The translations under genes were made by a program, and so were the position numbers. From assembly GCA_963663275.1 (NCBI GenBank), contig OY760183.1, positions 2,432,001-2,496,000 on the forward strand: a DNA stretch of 64,000 nucleotides, read 5' to 3'. Positions 48,171 to 62,311 of the stretch are shown piece by piece. The notes under the pieces are model-generated. The model did not search any database, was not told where the DNA came from, and was given only the letters and a program-made list of their open reading frames with translations. Position 1 is the stretch's first letter. Every line of letters begins with the position of its first letter. The stretch comes from Chloroflexota bacterium. Its GTDB lineage: Bacteria > Chloroflexota > UBA11872 > VXOZ01.

Positions 48171-48300
48171 CCGTAACGCGCGGGCCTGTCCCCCGCATCT
48201 TCTCACCCTACGAACTGCCATACCGTAGCGAGGGGGCTTGTCCCCCGCATCCTCACGCCCAACAGACTGCCATACCGTAGCGCGGAGGCTTGTCCCCCGC
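48171..48300 (+). repeat. Three family A REPs, 52-bp period
   Basis: Copies at 48171, 48223, 48275. Confidence 0.85.
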
Positions 48301-48378
48301 ATCTTCCCGCCCAACGCACACCCCGGCTCCGACCTGGCGCGACTCTGTCGCAAGTTTTGGCGCAAGTTTGGCGCAAGT

Positions 48379-49443
48379 TCACCTGAAGTCATCCACAAGC
48401 ACGTACTCCAGCCGGTTCGTGCCCACCCGGCGGTGCAGCAAGCCTTTTTCCACCAGGACGCGCAGGTCGCGTTGGAGCGTCCGCCGTGAAACCTTGGGGA
48501 TAAGCGCCTGGCATTCCGCAATCGTAATCCGGCCGTGTTGCAGCGCGTGGCCCAGCGCGCGGGTTTGCCGCTCCGTCAAGCCGTGGCGGCGCGCCAGCGT
48601 ATCCTGCCGGATAGCCAATTCTCCCTGCTGCTTGACCTCCGCCAGTTGGGTCGCCAGGCCGTTCGCGAAGAACTCGATCCAGCCGGTCAAGTCCATCTGC
48701 GCGCGCCGCACGCCTTGGAGCGCGCCGTAGAAGGCCGTCCGGTCCCGGTCGTAGTACTCGCTCAGCGTGAAGAGGCGCTTGAAATCGTAGCCCGCCCGGT
48801 AGAGGCACAGCGTCGAAAGCAGGCGGGACGTGCGCCCGTTGCCGTCCAGGAACGGGTGAATGTGCACCAATTGGAATTGCGCAATGCCGCTCACAATGAC
48901 GGGATGCGTATCGCTCGGACGGTTCAGCCACGCCACCAGTTCCGCCATGAGCCGGGGCACGTCCGCGGTGGGCGGCGGCGTGTAGATGGTCGCGCCGGTC
49001 GCCGCGTCGATGACGTAGTTCTGCACCCGCCGGTACTCTCCCGGCGCCGCCGACCCGCCGCGCACGCCGGCCACCAACCGCCGGCGAATTTCCAGGATGA
49101 GCCGCTCGGCAATTGGCCGCAGTTCACCCGGCCGGCCGCCGTCGCTGAAATAGGCGCTCACGAAAGCGAACGCCTCGCGGTAGTTCAGCACCTCGCGGGC
49201 GTCGTCCGGGTCCGCTCCCGGCACGTCCCGCCCCGCCAACACAGCCGCCGCGTCCGCCAGCGTCAGGCGCGTCCCCTCGATGTGCGTCGTGTGGTGCGCC
49301 TCCCGCACAAACGCCGCCGCCCGCATCGCCTCCACCCACGCATCTGCAAGCGCCGCCCCCTCCAAAAACCCCCGCGCCCGCTCGATCTCAGCAAGAGCCG
49401 CGGTGATGGCGTTCGTAATGGTAAATCGCGGTTCAAAGGGCAT
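48379..49443 (-). CDS. Fic-family protein (class II) with C-terminal wHTH
   Basis: [12 protein letters not shown]; inhibitory TTHIEG motif; [10 protein letters not shown]. Confidence 0.93.
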   Translation of the reverse strand: MPFEPRFTITNAITAALAEIERARGFLEGAALADAWVEAMRAAAFVREAHHTTHIEGTRLTLADAAAVLAGRDVPGADPDDAREVLNYREAFAFVSAYFSDGGRPGELRPIAERLILEIRRRLVAGVRGGSAAPGEYRRVQNYVIDAATGATIYTPPPTADVPRLMAELVAWLNRPSDTHPVIVSGIAQFQLVHIHPFLDGNGRTSRLLSTLCLYRAGYDFKRLFTLSEYYDRDRTAFYGALQGVRRAQMDLTGWIEFFANGLATQLAEVKQQGELAIRQDTLARRHGLTERQTRALGHALQHGRITIAECQALIPKVSRRTLQRDLRVLVEKGLLHRRVGTNRLEYVLVDDFR

Positions 49444-49724
49444 TGTTCAACTCGCTATATACGGTAGACACGATGCTCAGTATGTGCGGGGTCATTCGAG
49501 GCCGCGAGCACACCCGCATCTTCTCGTGACAAATGAAAGAGCCTGCATTTTCAAGGTCATATCGGGGCAACACTCCACGTCCAAAGTCAGGGCTGCTGGC
49601 TCCATTTAGGCCATGGAAGTTCCCGGAGAGCGAGAAGGCAGAATTGTCCAGGCTGCAACAGGTCGACATGGGTGTCATGGGGGAGGAAGCGGAACTGTAA
49701 TTCCACCCGTACAGAGGCTTTCGG

Positions 49725-50168
49725 CTAACCCTGGATGGCAGGCTCTCCCACCCAACGGACCCGACGCACAACAGGACTCGCCGCCCGGTAGAACTTCTCA
49801 TCGGCGGTCCACAGGTCACAGCCGAGCGCCTCTGCCAGAGCAAGGTAGTGGGCGTCATAAGCCGCGCCTTGTCTGAGTTGGCTTGCCAACGCCAAAGCCC
49901 TGCCGTAGAGGCGCGGCGGCTGATGTAACTCGAGGCCCGACGACAGCAGACTCTCAATGCGCTGTGTCGCCGCCTCCAGTGTCAACTCGCCCCGCCTCAC
50001 CCTTTGGTGAAGGACATTGGTCACTTCCACAGGCATCAGGTACGGCGCCGCGATGCGGGTTCCCTGGCTGTTCCACAAGCGGCCAAGCGCATTGGCCTCG
50101 GCAGTGAGTATCTCCTTTACCAGCCACTTGCACGCCAGGCTCGCGTCCACCACAACGTAACCGTTCAA
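49725..50168 (-). CDS. vapC: PIN-domain VapC toxin
   Basis: VVVDAS, EVTN, YDAHYLALA, LWTAD. Confidence 0.9.
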   Translation of the reverse strand: MNGYVVVDASLACKWLVKEILTAEANALGRLWNSQGTRIAAPYLMPVEVTNVLHQRVRRGELTLEAATQRIESLLSSGLELHQPPRLYGRALALASQLRQGAAYDAHYLALAEALGCDLWTADEKFYRAASPVVRRVRWVGEPAIQG

Positions 50169-50443
50169 GAGTTGCTCCTGGACGCGCGCGCCTGCCTTAT
50201 CAACGCAGCCCCGTCACCCGGCAGAACCTGGTCGCCAAACGCCTCCTCTTGCAGGGCTACCAGCCTCTCGATGTTGAAGCTGCCGGCGAACGCGCCGTTG
50301 GCCTCGTCTTGCGCCAGTTCCTTGTCGATGGCCGCCAGGCAATACCGTCTCATGCTGATCCCCTTCAGCGCGGCTACCGCCTTCAGACGCCGCTGCACCG
50401 GCGGGTCGATGTCCAATGTGAGTCGCTTCTTCTTGGCTTGCAT
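50165..50443 (-). CDS. Putative RHH antitoxin
   Basis: KRLTLDID..RRLKAVAALKGISMR; overlaps the vapC start. Confidence 0.75.
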   Translation of the reverse strand: MQAKKKRLTLDIDPPVQRRLKAVAALKGISMRRYCLAAIDKELAQDEANGAFAGSFNIERLVALQEEAFGDQVLPGDGAALIRQARASRSNS

Positions 50444-50531
50444 AGCACTTCTCTCCTCAAAGTGGCGGCCAAGTTTGAGATTAGCGTAAATACGGAAACA
50501 CGTCAATCTCGAAAGGGCGGTGGCGGCGCGA

Positions 50532-50641
50532 CTCGATCCTCAGTGAGAGCAGCGGTGATGGCGTTAGTAATGGTAAAGCGAGGGTCAAAGATCATTGGCA
50601 AACTCGCCGGGTACTTGGGATGTCTCATTCAGTATGAGCGG
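50532..50641 (-). pseudogene. Decayed copy of the fic 5' end and upstream region
   Basis: Encodes [19 protein letters not shown] then frameshifts (fic: [19 protein letters not shown]); matches 49381-49490. Confidence 0.85.
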
Positions 50642-50756
50642 CTTCAAACCAGCAGGGCCAATTCGCTCTGCGTAGGGTCCCCAATGTGCATCGTGTGCTA
50701 CGCTGAGAGAGACTATCAAACACGATGTACTCCTACTTGAGTGACTTTACCAAAAG

Positions 50757-51473
50757 GTGAAAGACCTCGATATGTCCTGGGAACCCATGCATGAAGTCCG
50801 AGTCGAACACGATTGGCAAGAGACTGGAGAGAGACGGTTAGAATCCGGTGCCCAAAAGATTTATGTGAAGTGTCGGAATTGCGGCCAAGAGCGTACAGTA
50901 ATAGACTTGGGTAGAGTTTGTGAGCAGAGCCTCATTGAACTTCCAAAGGAGGAAAGGAAAGCCGAGTTTAGGAAGCTCAGTAAGATGGGAAGGGACTTCC
51001 TAGAAAACATCGCCAAATTAGACCGTTGGGTCGTAAGTGGTTCAAGACATGATGATATTCCTAGCTTGCTGGAAGAGATTGAGAAGAGATACCCTCATGC
51101 TTTGAGTGCTGGCGAGATGTCCTATAGATACCTAAGATTGTGGGCCGAAAAGTCCAACAGGAAGTCGAAGCGAAAGCTGCTTCTTCTCATTAGGCAAGGT
51201 TTTGTCTGCAACAGATGTCATCGAATTGTACCTTCATCAGATTTGCTAACAGAAGATCACATTACACCGAGGAGTGCGGGCGGCGAGAGTGTCTTGACCA
51301 ACCTGCAGTTGCTTTGCAGAAGATGCAATGAGGAAAAGGGCAGCGAAGATCCAGATGGTCGGGACATTTCGCCCTTTCGGTGGAATGGCCCTAGTTGTAT
51401 TCACCGAGTTACATGCTTTGAGATAGACGAATTGCGACGGCTCTACAAGCTCAGGGAAGAGAATCCTCGTTGA
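50757..51473 (+). CDS. HNH endonuclease with N-terminal zinc-ribbon-like region
   Basis: CNRC..EDHITPRSAGG..NLQLLCRRCNEEK; CRNC near the N terminus; AT-richer DNA. Confidence 0.85.
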   Translation: MKDLDMSWEPMHEVRVEHDWQETGERRLESGAQKIYVKCRNCGQERTVIDLGRVCEQSLIELPKEERKAEFRKLSKMGRDFLENIAKLDRWVVSGSRHDDIPSLLEEIEKRYPHALSAGEMSYRYLRLWAEKSNRKSKRKLLLLIRQGFVCNRCHRIVPSSDLLTEDHITPRSAGGESVLTNLQLLCRRCNEEKGSEDPDGRDISPFRWNGPSCIHRVTCFEIDELRRLYKLREENPR

Positions 51474-51679
51474 GTGCATTGTCTAACTCAGGAGTTCACG
51501 ACAAAGCTCTCTAAGTCTTGAATTCCCCATGCTTTGCCAACCACAGTGAGTAGGCCTAGTTTACGTTCTTTACCATTCTTCATGATTGACATGTACTCAT
51601 GCTACGTGAAGGATGGGCGCACGGCTAGATTGATGTTGTTGGTGTGGCGCACCTGTGCTTATCACCTGCATGCGCTGCC

Positions 51680-51718
51680 CTAGCGGTCGATGACGCTTTC
51701 AGTTTCGCCGGCGGTAGG
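51680..51718 (-). pseudogene. Short relic of the type IIG R-M gene 3' end
   Basis: Reads TAGETESVIDR*, vs QAGDTTTIVDL* (intact gene) and TAGDAESFVTI* (52691 relic). Confidence 0.55.
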
Positions 51719-51784
51719 GGTGCTTCTCTTCGATTCAGAAGAAGATCGGGGCAGCATGGCCTAAGTCGCGCACGAGCGGTGTGC

Positions 51785-52405
51785 TTAACTCCCGATCCCA
51801 ATAAAGCCCTTAACCACATCCAAAAGTTCAATGTGGCCGAGAATAGTCAGTAGTGCTGCGGCCACAGGGATCAATACAATCATCGCCTTTAGGAGACGTC
51901 CAAGTATGCTGGATTCCGCCTTGTCGGCATCGAAGCCAGCAGCACCAATGAGACTAAAGGGTATGCGAACAACACCCCTAATCGCCTTGCCTGTCCACCA
52001 TAGTGGATTGATTGTCCTAAGCATTGAGTATCCTCTATTACGCAAGTACACTCCTATCGCACGCTCCAACGTGTCAACTACATACTGTGAGTGGACATTC
52101 GCTTGATCAAGAATGAACAAATCTTGAAACAAACTTGAACCTTGCCTGCGCTCACCCAAGAAACCTTGTTCTCTCCGAGTAATCACGACTGGTATACCAG
52201 ACGCTTGAACTACATCGGTAACTCTAGAAACCGTCAGGTTGATGTTGAAACGAAGATTTGCCAATTCCTCCTCATCAATGTTGCATTCTTCGTTAGTCTG
52301 AGCGATTCGACCATTCACGTAGGCCATATAGCGGTCTCGGAATATAAGCAACTCCTTAAGTCTTCTTTGGTTCTCCCAACAGGCAATCTCTCTGTAATAC
52401 TTCAC
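51785..52405 (-). CDS. Hypothetical protein with C-terminal TM helix
   Basis: 206-aa AT-richer ORF; TLERAIGVY..NPLWW..RIPF.LIGAAGF, hydrophobic end. Confidence 0.7.
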   Translation of the reverse strand: MKYYREIACWENQRRLKELLIFRDRYMAYVNGRIAQTNEECNIDEEELANLRFNINLTVSRVTDVVQASGIPVVITRREQGFLGERRQGSSLFQDLFILDQANVHSQYVVDTLERAIGVYLRNRGYSMLRTINPLWWTGKAIRGVVRIPFSLIGAAGFDADKAESSILGRLLKAMIVLIPVAAALLTILGHIELLDVVKGFIGIGS

Positions 52406-52690
52406 GTTGACTGTCCTAGTAGAAAACTACCTAGAATTAGGAATGACCCCCAATTGGAGTCGACTAGTATAGTACAGTGGAAGTCAAATCTCTTTGACTT
52501 CCGCCCATTGAATGGTTCAGTCCTTGGACTAAGCGTTGCGCCAAGAAACGTGCTCCCATTAGGCAACAATTACCATTCTACATTACATGGAGACTCTTTG
52601 GACGGCGGCATCTTCTACACCTAGACCTCTAATCGAGGAACTAGGAACCACTTTAAAACGGCCATCTCCAGTGACGAGACCAGGGACCAG

Positions 52691-52824
52691 CTAGATTGTC
52701 ACGAAAGATTCAGCATCGCCGGCGGTTAGGGCGTTCATGTAGGTGAGGGTCAGGCTTTTGGTGCGGAAGGATCCGTTAGTGGATTGGTCTTGTGGCGTTG
52801 GACTATGGGGAGGGTTTCGAGGAT
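52691..52824 (-). pseudogene. Decayed copy of the type IIG R-M gene 3' end
   Basis: ILETLPIVQR(frameshift)QDQSTNGSFRTKSLTLTYMNALTAGDAESFVTI*, vs ILDTFPIVQRQDQSTHNTYRTKNLILAYMNALQAGDTTTIVDL* at 53900-54031. Confidence 0.9.
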
Positions 52825-52844
52825 TGAGGGGGAGCGCACCTGTG

Positions 52845-53531
52845 TCAGAGATCGCGAATCTCAAGGTCTTCGGAGGTAAATTCGCCTGTGCTCAACCGCT
52901 CCCTCCTCTGTTGATCCACTTTGCGACCATCATCGAGTATGTACAGCAATTGCTCTACGCCACCCGTTCGAGGTAAAGGAGGGAAGGGAATCGCTGATTC
53001 CAAGTAGTGAACTGCGACGGCGTTGAGTACGGCTGCGATAGACTCCAAGGCGTCGGAGACTTTCGCGCGACTCGCCTGCTCTAGCGGTTTCGAAGATTTC
53101 CCCAACACTACCGCAAGATCGCGGTGAGCGATACGGCGATTCCTCAGGTCGGTACAGAACTGAGACGCCTTCACCGCTCGGTCTGTAAGGCGGCAGACGG
53201 ATTCACTGATGCTCGGATCCACTGCCTCAGGAAGAAGCCGGATAGTCATGTTCTCTTTACCTCTGGTCTTCGTTCGGTCAACTAGCCTGGCAATGCTCAG
53301 TAGAGTGTCATCCAAGAGAACATCGTGAATCACATTGAAAAAGAACCGAGCGGTACTGTTCAACAGCTCAACCCGCTCGCGACTAGTACCGTACAACTGG
53401 ACGTACTCGCCCCACCTGACGTGTAGCAACGCTACGTCCTGCCAGAGGGAGTAGTAGACCTCACCAAGATAGCTGCCCATGGAGCAAATATAGTAGTCTT
53501 TCAGTTCGGGGCCGGTCCTATTTCGCGGCAT
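52845..53531 (-). CDS. HEPN-domain protein, AbiU2-like
   Basis: RNRRIAHRD (Rx4H) motif; W.EY.QLYG..RVELLN..A.FFF..LLSIARL.D. Confidence 0.78.
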   Translation of the reverse strand: MPRNRTGPELKDYYICSMGSYLGEVYYSLWQDVALLHVRWGEYVQLYGTSRERVELLNSTARFFFNVIHDVLLDDTLLSIARLVDRTKTRGKENMTIRLLPEAVDPSISESVCRLTDRAVKASQFCTDLRNRRIAHRDLAVVLGKSSKPLEQASRAKVSDALESIAAVLNAVAVHYLESAIPFPPLPRTGGVEQLLYILDDGRKVDQQRRERLSTGEFTSEDLEIRDL

Positions 53532-53741
53532 CGTCTATCACCAATCTGCGACTCGGTGGACTCGTGCTCATCAATCAAGATCCTATGACGTCCAGGCATC
53601 CTACCGTCTATTCCAAACGCCAAGCAAGGCACTCACAGAATTACTTGCGTTGAACTTGACCATCTTCGCCGATCATTCGACGTCAATCGACCAACTGTGC
53701 CGATAACTCGCCAATTTCGCAAGTTCATCCCCATTCATCCT

Positions 53742-53762
53742 CCCCCCCCCCCCCCCCCCCCC
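53742..53762. repeat. Homopolymer C21 (G21 on the - strand)
   Basis: Run of 21 C between the R-M and HEPN genes. Confidence 0.9.
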
Positions 53763-53899
53763 GAGTCGTACAAGGACGATGAGGCACAATCCTATACTTG
53801 ACTCATCATATCAAGTCTTTAATTGCATCGCACTGGAGACTTTGGCTTCTTGCAAGAATCCTCAGTCTGGTCGAAAGATGGTCATAGTGCGCCGTCCAA

Positions 53900-58138
<4,239 letters not shown>

Positions 58139-58212
58139 GGCGGCAGCCTAGCGCGGTAATTGGTAGATGGATGCATGGACGGCAATCGCGGGCGTTTGCC
58201 CACGGCGGCGGC

Positions 58213-58401
58213 TCATTTGCGGCGCAGGCCGGGTAGGATGAGCCACAGGAGGTTGGCGAGGGCGATGGCGGCGGCGGCGAGCACCAGCACGGTGCCGCCG
58301 GTGGAACTGCGCTGCAAACCCACGCCTAACCCGATGTAGAAGACCGCGAGCGCCACCAAGAAGAGCAGGACGTGAAGTGTGATTTTGATCGGCCTGGGCA
58401 T
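58213..58401 (-). CDS. Small two-TM membrane protein
   Basis: 62 aa, AAAGGAG RBS, two hydrophobic helices. Confidence 0.6.
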   Translation of the reverse strand: MPRPIKITLHVLLFLVALAVFYIGLGVGLQRSSTGGTVLVLAAAAIALANLLWLILPGLRRK

Positions 58402-58525
58402 TGCCGAGTTCTCCTTTGGTTGCGCCGAGGCGCGGCGGCGAGGGTGGATGATGGGAGTATGGTACCAAGAATGGGAGGGCGAGGCTACGTGAGCGAGCGG
58501 CGGAGGTTGCAGGATTTTGGCGCAC

Positions 58526-58838
58526 GCGCAGGTTGCAAGCCTAAGCTACCGGAGCGGCTGGAATGGCATGCCGCTTGCGCAGGTTACAAACCTGCGCTAT
58601 CGGAGCGGGGCGAAAGCCTCCGCTGCCCGCGCAGGTTACAAACCTGCGCTACCGGAGCGGGAGGCAGGCCTTGGCTGCCTGCGCAGGTTACAAACCTACG
58701 CTACCGGGTCGGGGTGCGAGCCTTGGCTGCCCGCGCAGGTTACAAACTTACGCTACCGGATTGGGTTGAATGCCTAAGCTACCTGCGCAGGTTACAAACC
58801 TACGCTACCGGAGCGGGGGGCAAACCTGCGCTACCGGG
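58526..58838 (-). repeat. Tandem array of 6+ family B REPs, 52-bp period
   Basis: gcgcaggttacaaacct(g/a)cgctaccgg at 58526, 58577, 58629, 58681, 58733, 58785, plus a partial copy. Confidence 0.9.
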
Positions 58839-58895
58839 GCATTTTCGTTTGAGGGCGAGAGTCTGTGGGGCGCGGGCGTTCTTGAGGTGGACGAC

Positions 58896-59846
58896 CTAGA
58901 CTTTTCTTGGCGGGAGCAGGCTCATGCGGACGTCCACCTCGAGGATGCTGCCGACGAAGCCGTGAAGCACGCCTTTGGAGGGCGGCACGTCCTGATAGTC
59001 CCGGCCGACGGCAATGGTGACGTGGCGGGCGCCCACGAGCGCGCAATTGGTGGGATCGAAGCCGATCCAGCCGAGACCGGGCAGCCGGCACTCCACCCAG
59101 GCGTGGGTGGCGGTTTGGGGCGCTTGCTCACCCTTCCGGCCGGTGACGTGCACGTAGCCCGAGACGTAGCGGGAGGGCACGCCCCAGGAACGCGCGATGG
59201 CGATCATGACATGGGCGTAGTCCTGGCAGACGCCGCGCCCGGATTCCAGGATGTGGTCGATCGGGGAAGCCGCCGAGGTGCTGCCGGGCACATAGTCGAA
59301 AACGCGGTGCAGCGTTTCGCAGAGCATAATCACGGCTTGCAGGGGATCATCGGCCGGCCGGATGCGCTCGCGGGCGATGAAGGCGGCGAGCGCGGGGGAC
59401 GATCGAGCCAGCGGGCTGTCGCGGGTGAAGTCCCAGAGCGCGAAAGAATCCCGCCAGGCGCGGATTGTGTTCCATGCGCCGGGAGCGGCAGCCGGGGGAA
59501 GGGGAACCGCGGGACCGACTTTGACCGTGGCGCGGGCCATGATCTTGAGGAATTCATGCCGCCGGTGCACGCAGACGACGTGCTTCGTATTGCCGTATGG
59601 GTCCGCCGCCTGGCTGTACGCGGCAAGCGGCTCCGTGGCCAGAGAGAATGCCAAGAGTTGCTGCCGCGCGCTTTGGCGGGGCCGCACGCAGAGCGACATT
59701 ACGGAGAACCGCGCCGGAGACGAGTAGCGGTAGTGGGATACGTGCTCGATCTCGAAGCGGTTCGGGCCGGCCGCGCGGTCCGGCGATTCCGCTTGACCGG
59801 ACGCGACGCCGGGCGCGGCAAGACGAAAAGACCTCGATCCGGCCAT
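58896..59846 (-). CDS. Transglutaminase-family protein
   Basis: IEHVSHYRY N domain, GVCQDYAH, RYVSGY, HAWVE, FDPTN, GRDY.DVPP. Confidence 0.93.
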   Translation of the reverse strand: MAGSRSFRLAAPGVASGQAESPDRAAGPNRFEIEHVSHYRYSSPARFSVMSLCVRPRQSARQQLLAFSLATEPLAAYSQAADPYGNTKHVVCVHRRHEFLKIMARATVKVGPAVPLPPAAAPGAWNTIRAWRDSFALWDFTRDSPLARSSPALAAFIARERIRPADDPLQAVIMLCETLHRVFDYVPGSTSAASPIDHILESGRGVCQDYAHVMIAIARSWGVPSRYVSGYVHVTGRKGEQAPQTATHAWVECRLPGLGWIGFDPTNCALVGARHVTIAVGRDYQDVPPSKGVLHGFVGSILEVDVRMSLLPPRKV

Positions 59847-59850
59847 GGCG

Positions 59851-60819
59851 TCAGTACATGGGAGAGTCTTCGACCGGGTAGTCGAAGTAGGTCTGGGTGA
59901 TGAGGTCGTGGAGGTCGCGGCAAAACGCGCCCATCGCGCGCAGGGTCTCCTCGCGCTCTTCCAGGTCGGGCCATTCATAGTGAATGATCGAACCCAAACG
60001 ACCGGCCAGGCGGCGGGTAGCGCCGCTGGAGTCCGCGCTCGGCCCCGGTCCGATCGCGTCCAATTCGGCGCCGGCAACGTCCAGCAACTGGCAGAGAGAG
60101 TCAGGGAGGAGCGGGTCCGTGACCAAGAGATCCAACACGTGAGCCGGTTGCACTTCCACGCTGTACGCGCGGTTGTAGACTTCTTGAGCGTGGTACGCGC
60201 GCAGCAGGCTGATCCAATCGGCGTCGGAGGACTCTTCGAAGTGGCCGGCGGCGGCGAGTTGCGCCAACAGCAACGCGATTGAAAGTTGGGCCCGCTCGAT
60301 CAAGCGGCCGAGTTGCAGAAAGTGCCAGCCTTCGTCCCGGTACATGGTGGCCGCAGCCACGCCCATGAGGGTATCGACGTCCGTCGATACGCCGGCGTAG
60401 AAACTCTCCGGGGACGTTGACCAGATGTCCTGAATGTCCCGCTCTTGCAGGCGCAGATAGGCGAGATTGAGGTGGGACCACATTTCGGCGCTGATGCAGT
60501 TGCGCGTCTGGCGGGCATTTTCCCGCGCGGCGGCGAAGCAACTCCAGACAGAACCGAAATTAGAACGCTCGAAGGTGAGGTCGTCGGCGAGCGTGTAGGA
60601 GTCCGCCAGCGTGAAGTCGTCGCTGTCGGTGAACTCCAAGCCGCCGCCCGGTGGAGGCCGGTCAACACTTATGTAAATGCGGATCCAACCGAAGTAGATC
60701 TCCTGGACCGGGCGGTCCACCAGAGCCGCCGTCTGCAACCGCAAGAGACGGCTCAGGTGTTGCGCCCGTTCCAGATACCGCCCCATCCAATAGAGGCTTT
60801 GTGCGCTCTGTGCGAGCAT
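59851..60819 (-). CDS. Alpha-E domain protein
   Basis: LYWMGRYLERA, ARENAR..R..IS.EMW, LGRLIERA. Confidence 0.92.
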   Translation of the reverse strand: MLAQSAQSLYWMGRYLERAQHLSRLLRLQTAALVDRPVQEIYFGWIRIYISVDRPPPGGGLEFTDSDDFTLADSYTLADDLTFERSNFGSVWSCFAAARENARQTRNCISAEMWSHLNLAYLRLQERDIQDIWSTSPESFYAGVSTDVDTLMGVAAATMYRDEGWHFLQLGRLIERAQLSIALLLAQLAAAGHFEESSDADWISLLRAYHAQEVYNRAYSVEVQPAHVLDLLVTDPLLPDSLCQLLDVAGAELDAIGPGPSADSSGATRRLAGRLGSIIHYEWPDLEEREETLRAMGAFCRDLHDLITQTYFDYPVEDSPMY

Positions 60820-60849
60820 GCGCTCTCAGTCCCTCAGCACGCGGTGGCT

Positions 60850-62247
60850 TCAGTCTTCGTCGTGCTCTTCCGGCATGAGGACGAATTCGGGGTAGGCTTC
60901 CAGGCCCAACTCCGCGGTGTCCTGGCCGAGCCGCTCAACCTGGGCGGAGACCCGGATGCTGAGCACGAGCGCCAGTATCTTCCAAAGGACGAGCGAGACG
61001 GTGAAGACGAACGCGCCGATGGCGATGATGCCGATGGCTTGCACGCCAACGTTGCCGCCCGCGACGATTGCCACCGCCAACGTGCCCCAAATACCGGCGA
61101 ACAAGTGGGCGGGAATGGCGCCAACCACGTCGTCGAGCTTCACCTTTTCCAGCAACTTGAGGCCGAGCGTGCAAATCACGCCGCCAATCGCGCCGATGAT
61201 GACGGCCCAGTAGTGCTGGGTGATGTCGGGGCCGGCCGTAATCGAGACGAGCCCGGCAATTGCGCCGTTCAAGCCGGCGAACAGATCGGTGCGTCCCAGG
61301 AGAGGCCGGGAGATGGCGAGCGCCGCCATGACGCCGGCGGCCGCGGCGAGGTTGGTGTTGACCAGGATGTGGCCGATCGAGACGGCGTCCACCGCGCTGC
61401 CCAGCGCCAGTTGCGAACCGCCATTAAACCCGAACCAGCCCAGCCACAGGATGAAGACGCCCAGGGTGACCAGGAGCACGTTGGATGGCGGCGTGGGCCT
61501 GACGGCGCCGTCCTTGCGGTACTTGCCCAGCCGCGGGCCGACGATGAGCACACCGGCCAGCGCCGCCCAACCACCGGTGCTGTGCACGATGGTGGAACCG
61601 GCAAAGTCCTGGAATCCCATGTCAGCCAGCCAGCCGCCGCCCCACGTCCACGCGCCGACGATGGGGTATATCAAGGCGGTGAGGACGACAATGAAGAGGA
61701 AGAACGACCACATCTTGACCCGCTCGGCCAGAGCGCCGGAGATAATCGATGCGGTGGTGGCGACGAAGACCATCTGGAAGAACCAGTCGGACATTACCGA
61801 ATAGCCGCTCTCGATAACGGCAGCCGCCGCGCTTTGGTCGCCGTCCAGCATGGCGACCTCGTCGGCAGACGGGCCGTAGAGCACGCTGAACGAGCCGATC
61901 AGGCCGCCAAGCCGATCAGGACTTACGTCAACGTACATGAGGTTGTAGCCGACGAAGAAGTAGGCAAGGCCGGCGATGGAATAGAGGCCGATGTTCTTGA
62001 GGCAAATCATGGAGGCGTTCTTAGTGCGTACCGCGCCGGCCTCCAGCATGGTAAAGCCCGCGGCCATCCACATCACCAGGACACCCCACATGAGGAACGC
62101 GAACGTATTGAGAACGAACGCCGTTTCGCCGTCGGTCGCGGCGTGGGCGACCGCCGGCCGGAGCAAGAAATAGAGAAACGTCAAGAGGATCACCGCCGCC
62201 GCGACGGCGATGCGGCGGTGACGAGCAAGTACGTCCGTTATTGGCAT
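60850..62247 (-). CDS. amt: Ammonium transporter (Amt family)
   Basis: GFTMLEAG, FFQMVF, DFAGSTIVH, LWLGWFGFNGGS, DDVVGAIPAH. Confidence 0.96.
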   Translation of the reverse strand: MPITDVLARHRRIAVAAAVILLTFLYFLLRPAVAHAATDGETAFVLNTFAFLMWGVLVMWMAAGFTMLEAGAVRTKNASMICLKNIGLYSIAGLAYFFVGYNLMYVDVSPDRLGGLIGSFSVLYGPSADEVAMLDGDQSAAAAVIESGYSVMSDWFFQMVFVATTASIISGALAERVKMWSFFLFIVVLTALIYPIVGAWTWGGGWLADMGFQDFAGSTIVHSTGGWAALAGVLIVGPRLGKYRKDGAVRPTPPSNVLLVTLGVFILWLGWFGFNGGSQLALGSAVDAVSIGHILVNTNLAAAAGVMAALAISRPLLGRTDLFAGLNGAIAGLVSITAGPDITQHYWAVIIGAIGGVICTLGLKLLEKVKLDDVVGAIPAHLFAGIWGTLAVAIVAGGNVGVQAIGIIAIGAFVFTVSLVLWKILALVLSIRVSAQVERLGQDTAELGLEAYPEFVLMPEEHDED

Positions 62248-62311
62248 GGGTTACCTTCTCCTGTGGCTGCGAGCGCGCGGCCGCGCCCACGACAATCTCA
62301 TTACTCTCCCA

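Noticed and set aside
48349-48379. Three short gcaagttt(t)ggc repeats at the fic stop as a recombination site
   Set aside because: Too short, with no partner site found; probably local slippage.
58526-58838. CRISPR-like array (conserved ~27-bp unit with ~25-bp linkers)
   Set aside because: Linkers resemble each other, the unit is a dispersed REP, and no cas genes or leader are present.
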